Below, piece after piece: positions 1 through 10,226 of a stretch of 35,530 bases of DNA. Location: contig NW_019029082.1 in assembly GCF_002105155.1 (NCBI RefSeq), forward strand, positions 1 through 35,530, read 5' to 3'. Origin of the DNA: Lobosporangium transversale. Its lineage: Eukaryota. The notes beneath the pieces are model-generated. The model searched no databases and was not told where the DNA came from. It worked only from the letters and a program-made list of their open reading frames with translations. Positions within the stretch are counted from its first letter, which is position 1. Each line of letters opens with the position of its first letter. Made by a program: the position numbers and the translations under genes.

Positions 1-154
1 AAAAGGCCAAGAGTATGACGGTTCTTAAGGTACGGATGTCTAAGTAAAAACCTGTTATTAATAATGCACATCAACATTTACATGCAGAACTATTCCTAGT
101 ATGACCCAGAAAGACAGCTTTGCCTCCAAGGTATGGATGATATGAATAGTATGT

Positions 155-187
<33 letters not shown>

Positions 188-730
188 TCGCCTATGTAGT
201 TTTAAGTATAGTAGTAGCAAAAAGCATAAAATTTGTCGTCCAAAGGATTCGATCGAACGCTTTGCGCAAAAATAAATTTGCGTTTTGCAGATGTGCCACC
301 TAATGCTAAATTTTTTACTTTCTCGAATTAGTCTACATTTTTATAGCATATCCTAAAGTGATGTCATGGCAGGCAGAACCAGGGGTATACCTGGAGCAGT
401 TTATGGATTTATCACAGCAGAAGGCTTCTGGCCACAGTACCGATCACGGTGTACATTGGTAGAGAAAAACATGGATACGAATTGGCTCTTCACGGCCATA
501 CCGTGCGAACTTTGAGAGTTTCGCTTGTTTCATAGTTGAGGGCGATATCATTACTTTAGAGCGAGATTATGAAATAAAATTCCTCGCCTCTGTGGGTTCT
601 TGAAAAAAAAAAAAAAAAAAAAAGCAGAAGACTTCTCGTCACGACCCTGAGGGTCCTTGTTTTCAAAAAAAAAAAAAAAAAAAAACATAGAATGTATAAA
701 ATAAACCCCATTATTCTGATGGTCTGTTAT

Positions 731-764
<34 letters not shown>

Positions 765-996
765 AACAGGTGTTGTACTGTAGTAGTATGCCGATTATTA
801 GATACCGCTTTATTTACGATGCTAGTAATAGAAGGCAACCTATCGAGCTAACGTCTTAATATATCCTATCAGACCCAGGGTTGCAAAAAAAAGAGAAAAC
901 CCTCTATCAAATTGATTAACTACAAGCTGAAATTGGGTGTGTTCTCTATGTGATTGTTAGGTGTGTTTGTAACTACACACCCAATTCATTGGCCTC

Positions 997-1150
997 GTAA
1001 AAAATGTTTGCATCAAGGAGTACAAGCGCCACAGTAAAAAATGTTTACAGCAAAGAGTACAAGCGCCGCCAGCACACCAGGTGTAAAAAATTTTTACATC
1101 AAAGAGTACAAGCGCCATCAGTAAAAAATGTTTGCATCAAAGAGTACCAG
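997..1150 (+). repeat. Four imperfect ~37-49 bp tandem units (GTAAAAAATGTTTRCATCAARGAGTACAAGCGCC)
   Basis: Units start at 997, 1034, 1083 and 1121. Confidence 0.8.
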
Positions 1151-1659
1151 CATCCAATTACACATTCATGGCAGCCAATAACCATCAGCATTCACCACAG
1201 GTGCATACCTATTCTCTATTATCGGCGTTACGATCAGCAGCCATTTATATATTTTATTATTTTTACCAGATGCTGAAGGTTGTATTTATTAATTTTCCCT
1301 TCAAAGACTTAAATTTTATTTGATCAAACAATGGATCTTCATACTTTAAAGTTTTTATATATTTTCATTACAAGTTTTATTAGTACCCGCTCTTACCTGG
1401 ACGCTCGTCTGGAGGGAAGTTATGTTGCGATTAACAGTCATTTATATGGGTTTTTACTTTAGCTAAGATTTTTATCCTTTTTATTCAATCGATAATAAAG
1501 ACACCTTTCTCTCGTTCTCGTTTTACATTCGTTATATAGTATGATCCTAGTATATTTCAATCAGGTATAGAATAGGAATAGGACTATAGAACCGTTTATA
1601 TATGCCACAGAGAGACTGAGCGATGTAGAGCATATTCCGGTTCCGCATCGTATAAAAGC

Positions 1660-3063
1660 ATGGGCACCATGCTCCTCTGGATCATCACAACATTTCACAT
1701 CTTTAGTCTCTGCTCACTACATTTACACATACCTCATACATTTTCCCAGCCTTTCGTAGACACCGAAATGAACAGTATCACCGGTTTTTGCCATAATCCC
1801 ATTGATCTTTGCCAAGTTCAAGAGAGATCCTCCCGATTCGACAGCGCGTGGCAAGAGGAGCAGTATGTTGTTGATCTGTTCCGAAGCTTCCCCAACATTC
1901 TGGCGGGGGACGAATCAGCCGATGAATGGGATTGCACGTCGAAGCTTGAGGCGGAGGTGAGGTCGTTTACTCGCGATCTCATGGTCATGCTTAAGTGGCT
2001 CACGCAAGCGAAACAGTACGACTCAAGAACATGCGCCTGGGTTCATTCTATTATAGTCTCGACTAGGGGGATTATGGCCTACTGCTTCCGCCCTTTACCC
2101 GACATACACCTGAGCGTCCGCAGCACCCTATTCCTAGCAAATGAGTGTTATATAGATGACGATCTGATTCGCTCCGTTCTGGAGATTTTTCGGGTTGTCT
2201 ATAAAGATGTAAAAGGTGGCCCATACATGTTTATTCCGCCTTTGTATCTCCCGATATGGCGCGACGCCGACAACTCGGAGGAGGAATGCTATACATGGTT
2301 AGGTGAAGAGCTGAAAAACAGGCCTTCCAAAGCGTTTGCTGTAGTCCAAATGTCGGAGCATTGGGGAGTCCTCGTGGTGGACTTTGTTCAGAAATCCATA
2401 TCATTTGGGGACTCTCTGAAGAAGTTTATCCCTGTAGAAATACTCAATGGGATACAACGCTGGATGACGAGAAATGGCATCAATTTCCAGGCGGAGAAGT
2501 GGGGGAAAAGGGTGCAATATAACCTTAACGTACCTCGCCAGCCGTTAGGAAGTGGTTCCTGTGGGATTATTGCTCTCAACACGATCGAGCGAATCCTCAA
2601 CCCAAAGGTTGAGCGATGGTCACACGAAAGATCATGCTATCATCGTACGCGACTCCTGAGGCTAGTGACAGGCCAAACAACGGTGTGTTGCATCATTTTA
2701 TGAGTCAGGAGGACATGACCACGCTGCACTTCTACCACCTTTATGCTAATACGATATTAATTTTTGATATGTAGCTTCAACCTGGCGCCATTGAGGCAGT
2801 TTCCCCTCCACTTCCTCCAGTATCCACAAAGGAGAGTAGACCCGTGCCCGGTTCGACCAAAGTCCCTCAGACGTCTTCTCCCCGCCTTGCCCGAACACAG
2901 ACTCCAGTCCTCATCAACCCTTTGGAACTTGGCACACCCGAGGGGAGCACATCTGTATCTGATATAGATGTTGATTTTCAATTGGATCCTCTTCTTGATG
3001 ACGATGCTACAGCTCGCCATTTCTCAAGGGTAGGTTGGTACAATTCGGACTATAAAAGGGCGA

Positions 3064-3110
<47 letters not shown>

Positions 3111-3421
3111 TCATGTAATATTTATTAAGATGTATAAAAAATAAAAAAGTCTTTCTGACGCTTCACCGCCTTCCAAACATTCCGTGAATAGCTTTCCGCA
3201 AGCTCTATGTCACGTATCGGCACCGCTGATTGTTCGGTGGTCAATGATGACTTTTGGAGCCAATATGAAAGCGATGACAACGGCTCGTCAACACATAGCA
3301 GCGGCAGCGACAGTGATTCCTGGGACGATATCCAAGATGTATCGGCCCCTTTAAATGCAGATGCTGACGGTTGGGGGCCTAAAGATTTCGAGCACTTCGA
3401 TTCCATTGACGTGGCTGAGAA
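1660..3421 (+). pseudogene. Ulp1/C48-like cysteine protease gene, multi-exon, truncated by LTR-A; probably transposon-borne
   Basis: Motifs HWGVLVVD, SFGDSL and VPRQ..SGSCG give the H-D-Q-C order of Ulp1 proteases. GT-AG introns 2683-2774 and 3030-3191 keep the frame into ORFs 2844 and 3207. The acidic exon 3 is cut at 3421. The start may be ATG 1768. Confidence 0.75.
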
Positions 3422-3634
3422 TGCAAACGTGTTATACAATACTGACTCAAACCTTTGAGGAGGGCTCAACTATCACGCGCACCCCAGGCGCCAAGACGCC
3501 AAGCCCAAGTGCCAAGACACCAAGCCCCAACCCTATCAATTATCAGTATAAATAGTCCACTACGTTATAGCCAAATAAAGTATCCTTTGACCTTCGATTC
3601 CACCTAAGATCACCTTTGATTGTTACTATTTACA
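3422..3634 (+). repeat. 5' LTR, family A
   Basis: TGCAAACG...TTTACA; contains TATAAATA and AATAAA; four copies in the window. Confidence 0.95.
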
Positions 3635-3646
3635 TGGTAGCAAAGG
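3635..3646 (+). promoter_or_regulatory. Primer-binding site TGGTAGCAAAGG, likely tRNA-iMet
   Basis: Abuts the LTR and is complementary to a ...GCUACCA tRNA 3' end. The same 12-mer follows LTR-C at 19645-19656. Confidence 0.8.
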
Positions 3647-3784
3647 TTCATCGAACCACCGACCCCGCCAGAAACCGCTTATATTTCCCTCTGATATTTT
3701 TCCCTAGATCCCTCTGATATTTTCCTAGATAAAATTTAAAAATTTACCCCTGCATTTGATTTTTTTTTTTTTTTTTTTTTTGCC

Positions 3785-4756
3785 ATGGACAACCTCACCA
3801 CTTCCTTGAAAGCTCTTAACCTTGATGCCAGTACCAGCCTATCCGTGCAGAACGCTGTGCAAACCTTCCTCGAATCCCGACAGGATAGTGCTTCTAGCGC
3901 TGCCGCCTTTAATGACCATGTCCGCACGGTGGCTGCTGTGATAAAACCTACCAAACCAGAACCATACGAGGGAAATGTCGACGCTGTCGCGGTCCTCAAC
4001 TTCTTGGAGAACCAAGAAGAGTACTTCGAGATCATGGAGCTTAACCACTCCCGTTGGGTCCGATATACCGTTGTCAACCTGAAAGGAGACGCCAAGGCAT
4101 GGTGGCGAGACTCGGAAATGACAATTGATACACCATGGGACACTTTCCGAAGTAAATTCATCGAAAACTTCACACCCCCTGACACGGCTTCTTCAGCCCA
4201 GAAAGCACTGGTTCAATTAAAACAAGGTAAATCCTCAGTAGCGGAATACACTGCCAAATTCCGCCGCCTCCAACGCCTCACACCCAAACTGGAGGAATCA
4301 TGGCTTGTCCTCCATTATACCTACGGCCTTGTAGAAGACACAAGCAAGGAAGTCCTCCTTCGCCAGCCTCAGACTCTCAACCAGGCCATCAAGCAGGCTA
4401 CGATGATCCACAGCATTTTACATTCCTCTAGACCCCCCATCATGACAAACCAAACAAGCCAACCCACACCGACCCCGATGGACCTAGACGCAATGCAGAT
4501 GATGTTCAATAACTTCCTACTACAGAGTACAAACTCCACAGGCTTAGCGAACTTCCATCGCCCCCCCTCGACTAACAACAGACCACTCTCCAAGCTCACC
4601 GAAAATGACAGAACAAAACTGCGCCGCGCAGGCGCTTGCTTTCGCTGCAGAAAGAAGGGACACATGGCCAAGAACTGCCGCGTGACTAGGAACTTGAACA
4701 ACCTGGAACAACAAGACGACTACGACGACTCGGGAAAAGAGGAGAGCGAGCTGTAG
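3785..4756 (+). CDS. gag: Gag, family A
   Basis: Retrotransposon capsid motifs (AKAWW, LKQG.SSVAEYTAKF), PMDLD and zinc knuckle CFRCRKKGHMAKNC. Confidence 0.95.
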   Translation: MDNLTTSLKALNLDASTSLSVQNAVQTFLESRQDSASSAAAFNDHVRTVAAVIKPTKPEPYEGNVDAVAVLNFLENQEEYFEIMELNHSRWVRYTVVNLKGDAKAWWRDSEMTIDTPWDTFRSKFIENFTPPDTASSAQKALVQLKQGKSSVAEYTAKFRRLQRLTPKLEESWLVLHYTYGLVEDTSKEVLLRQPQTLNQAIKQATMIHSILHSSRPPIMTNQTSQPTPTPMDLDAMQMMFNNFLLQSTNSTGLANFHRPPSTNNRPLSKLTENDRTKLRRAGACFRCRKKGHMAKNCRVTRNLNNLEQQDDYDDSGKEESEL

Positions 4757-4809
4757 ACCAGGCCAGCCTCGCTCTCACCACCAACCCTCGAGTCCTGGGC
4801 TCTAGAGGG
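4732..4809 (+). promoter_or_regulatory. -1 ribosomal frameshift signal: G GGA AAA plus downstream RNA structure
   Basis: The heptamer is in the gag frame and the -1 frame is open from it into pol. The structure is conserved in family C. Confidence 0.8.
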
Positions 4810-7800
4810 CGTAGTCATATGGATTTAAGTAGTAACAACAGTAATAAAAACTCTAGTTCTCCTAAATCCATGATTATGCCTTCTCGCTCCTCTCCCATAT
4901 TTTCTCTATCCTCTCTCTTATCTCTACCCTCTAAAAGCACCTTGCACCACACCACTTCCATTCCTCCGGATTCCCTAAATCACCTCTCCCCCGATTCCCA
5001 TCCCGCGTCATCTGTCACTGAAATCAAATCATCTTCAAACCAAGACACAAATGAAAATTCACCTACCCCCTCTACTTCCCACGAACACCTTGCTAGTAAA
5101 CCACCCCGTCGTCGTCGTCGTCATGCCACACACCTCCAATCCCTGTCCGCTGTCTACACCAATGCGAGACGACTACTAACCTTCATTGGGGCCGTCAACG
5201 GACACCCTGCGCGAATCCTCATTGATGGTGGAGCAGAAGGAAATGTATTGAGTTCAAAATTTTGCAGAAAACATAACATTATCATAGACAACGCGAACCC
5301 TATCCCTATCATTCATCCGAATGGCACAGCAGTCATGTCCCCAGGAACCGCATCTGTTACCCTTGAACGTGGTTCCTATGGTGAAAAGATTCAAAGTATC
5401 ATCTACCCCTCGAAAAAATATGATCTCATCCTAGGGAAACCTTGGCTAACCGCAGTCAATCCCCAAATCAACTGGCGCACTAACGATTTACACTTTGAAC
5501 ACAATGGTAAACACATACTATGGGAATGTCGAGGGCATACCTCCTCCTCCGCTCGTCAAAATTGCCTTTCTGCCATAAACTTTGCTGCATTAGCATTAGA
5601 ACCCGAAACGACAACATTCTTGGCCCAAGTAAGAACCACTTCACCACCAACAAACCTAGACTCAACACTACCCGAATCGATTCAACAAATTGTCCAAGTA
5701 GAATTTCCAGACCTCTTTCCTGACACACTACCGGACGGACTCCCTCAGGATCGTGGCGATAGCATGCGAATCGAGACTGAAAATAATACCGATCCACCTG
5801 TAAGACCAGTCATTCGCTTATCAATTGCTGAATTAGACGAACTAAAAACACAACTCACAGAACTACTGCGCAAAGGCTTCATCTCTCCAAGTACATCACC
5901 CTACGGAGCACCAGTTTTATTCGTTAAAAAGAAGGATGGCGGACTGAGGATGTGCGTAGACTACAGAGGATTAAACAAAATAACCCGTAAGAATCGCCAT
6001 CCACTACCAAGAATCGACGAGCTAATAGATCGTTTCAGGACAGCACGATTTTTTACAAAGCTCGACTTACTATCCGGATATCATCAAATGCGCGTTCATC
6101 CAGACGACCGACATAAAACGGCATTTCGAACACGCTACGGTCACTATGAGTTTAACGTCGTCCCTTTCGGACTCACCAACGCACCTGCCGCCTTTTCAGC
6201 CATGATGCGCAACGTGTTGGATCCTGTGCTGGATAAATGCACCGTAGTTTACCTAGATGATATACTGATTTATTCTGATAACAAAGAGCAACATCTACAA
6301 GACATCAGAAACGTTCTTAGGCTCCTACGCAAGGCAGGCCTCTTTTGCAAGCTTTCCAAGTGTTCATTTATGCAAGAGGAGACAGAGTTCCTAGGCCATG
6401 TTATATCCAAAGATGGACTCAAAACAAACGGAGCACTGGTTAAAGCAGTTAGAGAATGGCCAACACCCACAACACAGCGCCACGTCATGCAGTTCCTTGG
6501 ATTAACAAACTTCTATCATCAATACATCGACCACTATGCTGATATCGCGCTTCCCCTTACTGATCTGTTAGGCTCAACTACAACATTCTACTGGAGCAAG
6601 CCTCACCAAGAGGCCTTTGAAAGACTGAAGCAGGCAGTCACCATGGCACCCGTACTCAGAATTTTTGACCCTGCCCTAGCAACTTCCGTCGAAACTGATG
6701 CATCAGGTTTCGCCATTGGTGCAGTCTTGTTCCAAACAGATCACAAGGGCGAATCGCGCCCTGTTGCCTTTACATCACGAAAGTTGAGCTCTGCAGAACG
6801 AAACTACCCAACCCATGAGCAAGAATTACTAGCTGTCGTCCACGCCTTAAGAACATGGCGGTACTATTTGGATGGATCTCATTTTATTGTCTATACTGAC
6901 CATGCCACATTGCAGCATTTTCCAACCCAGCCAAACCTGACTCGGAGACAGGCCAGATGGATGGAACTCCTACAAGAATACGACTTCAACTTCAAGTACA
7001 AACCAGGCAAAGACAACATCGTCCCCGACGCTCTCTCAAGGAGGCCTGACCACAAGGCGCAGGATCCCGCCAGTGAGCAGATTAACTCCATAGAAATAAG
7101 TTTGGACCCAGGCTTACGGCAGCGCCTGATAAAGTGTTACCCATATGACCTTAAGTTAGGATCACTTTACGAAAGCTGCCGCGAGGCAAGTCCCTCTGAT
7201 CGTTATTTTGTTGCTGATGACCTATTGTGGATTAACATCGCTGGACAGACACGTTTATGTATCCCGAATGATCCTAACATTCGCGCTCTCCTACTTCATG
7301 ATGCACATGATTCTCCCATTGCTGGCCACCTCGGCTTCGAGAAAACATATGAAACCATGCGAAGGACTTTCTTTTGGCCACGAATGGCCCGAGACACCAA
7401 GACTTACATTGCATCATGCGAACAGTGCCAGCGAAATAAACCACTGCTTCATCATCCTGCCGGATTATTCAAACCTCTCGATATACCTCTTGAACGATGG
7501 GAAACTGTCACCATGGACTTCATTGGCCCTTTACCCAAGACGAACCGAGGGTTCAATGCCATAACTGTATTCGTAGACAAGTTATCCAAACAAGTCCACT
7601 TCTGCCCTAGCCATACAACGGACACTGCTTCAGATATCGCGCGACTCTTCTTCAATAATGTCTTCCGACTCCATGGCATGCCACGAGCTATTGTATCGGA
7701 CAGAGACTCAAGATTCACGGGACACTTCTGGACCACATTGATGAAGCTCATGGGAACTAAACTCCATATGTCTACAGCATTCCATCCTCAGACAGACGGA

Positions 7801-8571
7801 CAGACGGAGCGAGCCAACAGGACCCTGGAGGAAATGCTACGATCTTATGTCTCGTACAAACAGAATGACTGGGACTTGCTCTTACCAATGATGGAATTTG
7901 CATACAACAACTCCGTCAACCCCTCCACAGGGTTTTCCCCCTTTTTCCTAAACCACGGTCATCATCCCATTGTCCCATCATCCCTCTTGAAACCACCAAC
8001 AACAGATGTACCGGCTATCTCTACCTTCATTTCCACTCAAGCCTCTGCGTTGGCGCAAGCACAAGACGCAATAGCGACAGCTCAGGACATCCAAAAACGC
8101 CAAGCAGATAAAGCACGATCACCCGCCAGGTTCACTGTAGGCGATAGTGTCTTACTGAGTACGGAGCATATCACTGTCGCAGCTCACGCAAACCGACCCT
8201 CCAAAAAGTTAGAACCAAAATTCATTGGACCATTCAAAATCATAGAGAAGATCAACGACAACGCGTACAAGCTCGAGCTACCTCCGAACATGAAACAACA
8301 CCCTGTCTTCAATACAGATTTATTACGACATTATCACGAATCCCCGGAGAATTTCGGCGAACGAGCACCTGCCAGACCCCCACCAGATTTAGTCGATGGC
8401 GAAGAAGAATATGAAGTGGAAAAGATTCTGGATTACAAACTATTTGGCAGAACCCCCAAGTGGCTCGTGAAATGGAAGGGATATCCTGACGAAGAAGCAA
8501 CATGGGAACGGAGATCCTCACTAGTTAATGCAAAAGAAGCACTGGAGGAACTTCAAAAAATGCAACAGTAA
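4732..8571 (+). CDS. pol: Pol: protease-RT-RNaseH-integrase-chromodomain
   Basis: LIDGGA protease, YLDD RT, TDAS RNase H, HHCC and DDE integrase, GPF motif, chromodomain YEVEKIL..WLVKWKGY..ATWE; no stops. Confidence 0.97.
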   Translation, partial: GKRGERAVDQASLALTTNPRVLGSRGRSHMDLSSNNSNKNSSSPKSMIMPSRSSPIFSLSSLLSLPSKSTLHHTTSIPPDSLNHLSPDSHPASSVTEIKSSSNQDTNENSPTPSTSHEHLASKPPRRRRRHATHLQSLSAVYTNARRLLTFIGAVNGHPARILIDGGAEGNVLSSKFCRKHNIIIDNANPIPIIHPNGTAVMSPGTASVTLERGSYGEKIQSIIYPSKKYDLILGKPWLTAVNPQINWRTNDLHFEHNGKHILWECRGHTSSSARQNCLSAINFAALALEPETTTFLAQVRTTSPPTNLDSTLPESIQQIVQVEFPDLFPDTLPDGLPQDRGDSMRIETENNTDPPVRPVIRLSIAELDELKTQLTELLRKGFISPSTSPYGAPVLFVKKKDGGLRMCVDYRGLNKITRKNRHPLPRIDELIDRFRTARFFTKLDLLSGYHQMRVHPDDRHKTAFRTRYGHYEFNVVPFGLTNAPAAFSAMMRNVLDPVLDKCTVVYLDDILIYSDNKEQHLQDIRNVLRLLRKAGLFCKLSKCSFMQEETEFLGHVISKDGLKTNGALVKAVREWPTPTTQRHVMQFLGLTNFYHQYIDHYADIALPLTDLLGSTTTFYWSKPHQEAFERLKQAVTMAPVLRIFDPALATSVETDASGFAIGAVLFQTDHKGESRPVAFTSRKLSSAERNYPTHEQELLAVVHALRTWRYYLDGSHFIVYTDHATLQHFPTQPNLTRRQARWMELLQEYDFNFKYKPGKDNIVPDALSRRPDHKAQDPASEQINSIEISLDPGLRQRLIKCYPYDLKLGSLYESCREASPSDRYFVADDLLWINIAGQTRLCIPNDPNIRALLLHDAHDSPIAGHLGFEKTYETMRRTFFWPRMARDTKTYIASCEQCQRNKPLLHHPAGLFKPLDIPLERWETVTMDFIGPLPKTNRGFNAITVFVDKLSKQVHFCPSHTTDTASDIARLFFNNVFRLHGMPRAIVSDRDSRFTGHFWTTLMKLMGTKLHMSTAFHPQTDGQTERANRTLEEMLRSYVSYKQNDWDLLLPMMEFAYNNSVNPSTGFSPFFLNHGHHPIVPSSLLKPPTTDVPAISTFISTQASALAQAQDAIATAQDIQKRQADKARSPARFTVGDSVLLSTEHITVAAHANRPSKKLEPKFIGPFKIIEKINDNAYKLELPPNMKQHPVFNTDLLRHYHESPENFGERAPARPPPDLVDGEEEYEVEKILDYKLFGRTPKWLVKWKGYPDEEATWERRSSLVNAKEALEELQKMQQ

Positions 8572-8651
8572 CACCAAAATTATTTTTCTCTGTTTCTTTT
8601 TTCTTTATTTTTCTTCTTTTTTTTTCTCTTCTCTCTTCCTTTCTTCTTTTA

Positions 8652-9299
8652 CTATCTCCTTTCCTCTCTTCCTCTCTTCCTTTTACCTCCCTTCTCTGCC
8701 CACTCCAGCATGGTAACAACCGCCATTTCCTCCATCAATCGACGACGTTCCCGTGCTCGCTCTTCTACACTCACATCCTGGGTCTGCAATGCACGAAACT
8801 CAAACGCTATCAGCGAAGAACACTCTCTTATCATCGACAGCCTCGGTCCCTCATGACGACTCCTCTTCCGTCGCCTCTCCGGCTCCTCAGGACCATCCTC
8901 TCCATCAACAGCTTCCCACTGTGCATTGTCACTCGTCGAACTTACAGAAGCCAAACGGACCCCAGCCCCCTCCACTCCCGACGTCGCTGAAGTACTCGAC
9001 TCCACATGATCTCTGGCTTCCCTCACAGTTGGCGAATCGCCCACCTCAGGATACTCCTCCTTCGGTAGCATCCGCCCCAAGATTACAGGTGAAAGACGTG
9101 GAGACAATTCCAACCTCGTATCTAGCTCTTCCTCCTGAGGCACAGAATAAGGCTGTGTGGCGTCAGGGTCATCTGAAGAACCCTGGGAGCTTGGTACCGC
9201 CGACCGCTGTGTCAATACAACTTCAGAAAACACGCCACCAGAAGGAGCACGACCTTTACGCGGTGGCATTGGATGAGAAGCCTTGCGTGAAGACATCAT
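8652..9299 (-). CDS. Antisense 215-aa ORF between pol and the 3' LTR, unknown function
   Basis: Open frame bounded by pyrimidine/poly-T tracts; basic clusters RRRKRSR and KRKRGR; charged helical C-terminus. No recognised domain. Confidence 0.45.
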   Translation of the reverse strand: MMSSRKASHPMPPRKGRAPSGGVFSEVVLTQRSAVPSSQGSSDDPDATQPYSVPQEEELDTRLELSPRLSPVILGRMLPKEEYPEVGDSPTVREARDHVESSTSATSGVEGAGVRLASVSSTSDNAQWEAVDGEDGPEEPERRRKRSRHEGPRLSMIRECSSLIAFEFRALQTQDVSVEERARERRRLMEEMAVVTMLEWAEKGGKRKRGREERR

Positions 9300-9357
9300 G
9301 GAGACTTTTTTCCTTTTTTTGAAATAAGCAAAGAGGAATGAGGAAAGAATGCAACAC

Positions 9358-9570
9358 TGTAAATAGTAACAATCAAAGGTGATCTTAGGTGGAATCGAAG
9401 GTCAAAGGATACTTTATTTGGCTATAACGTAGTGGACTATTTATACTGATAATTGATAGGGTTGGGGCTTGGTGTCTTGGCACTTGGGCTTGGCGTCTTG
9501 GCGCCTGGGGTGCGCGTGATAGTTGAGCCCTCCTCAAAGGTTTGAGTCAGTATTGTATAACACGTTTGCA
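9358..9570 (-). mobile_element. Solo LTR-A, inverted, inside the family A element
   Basis: Reverse complement of 3422-3634; 5-bp TSD AACAC at 9353-9357 and 9571-9575. Confidence 0.95.
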
Positions 9571-9804
9571 AACACGAACTCACCAACTCCATCGCCACTC
9601 ATTCACCCATCCTCATCCACATGATCTGCATGAACCGCATGACCAGTAATTTTAACCAATCAGACATCACCACATCTTTTTTTTATTTATTTATTATTTT
9701 ATTTATTTCTCCTCTCTTCTCTTCGTTTTCTTTATTTCCATCAATTTTTTTTTTTTCTCTTTTCTTCTTCGATTTATGATCTCCTTCATTTTTGACGGGA
9801 AGGA

Positions 9805-10017
9805 TGCAAACGTGTTATACAATACTGACTCAAACCTTTGAGGAGGGCTCAACTATCACGCGCACCCCAGGCGCCAAGACGCCAAGCCCAAGTGCCAAGA
9901 CACCAAGCCCCAACCCTATCAATTATCAGTATAAATAGTCCACTACGTTATAGCCAAATAAAGTATCCTTTGACCTTCGATTCCACCTAAGATCACCTTT
10001 GATTGTTACTATTTACA
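9805..10017 (+). repeat. 3' LTR, family A
   Basis: Appears identical to the 5' LTR; preceded by a polypurine tract. Confidence 0.95.
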
Positions 10018-10226
10018 CAAGGTGAGTGACAAGGCCGTGAAGGCTGGCCTGACCATCAGCCATGTTGAGACGAAGGGGAGTGGACAAGGGGACAGTGATG
10101 AGGTTATGTTTCGTGACGAGGCTCACATCGATGAAAGAAGCTTGCGCCCCAGAGTCGATGAGAGCTTTGGTTTGGACAGGGGGCTGACTAGGCAGGGACA
10201 AGGTTATATTAACTAAGAGGCAGATT

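Larger units (their letters stand above)
3422..10017 (+). mobile_element. Ty3/gypsy chromoviral LTR retrotransposon, family A, coding-intact
   Basis: 213-bp TG..CA LTRs at 3422-3634 and 9805-10017, PBS, gag, -1 frame pol, and purine tract GACGGGAAGGA before the 3' LTR. Flanks GAGAA/CAAGG do not match. Confidence 0.95.

Noticed and set aside
551..838. Poly-Phe ORF and similar poly-Lys ORF ends
   Set aside because: Artefacts of poly-A/T tracts.
997..1150. CRISPR-like repeat array
   Set aside because: Units abut without unique spacers, the context is eukaryotic and there are no cas genes.
5215..5240. Inactive protease because of DGG instead of DS/TG
   Set aside because: The same DGGA motif is in family C and the catalytic Asp is retained, so it is likely a lineage variant.
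9358..10017. DIRS-like inverted/split terminal repeats
   Set aside because: The inverted copy has its own TSD, and the element encodes a DDE integrase, not a tyrosine recombinase.
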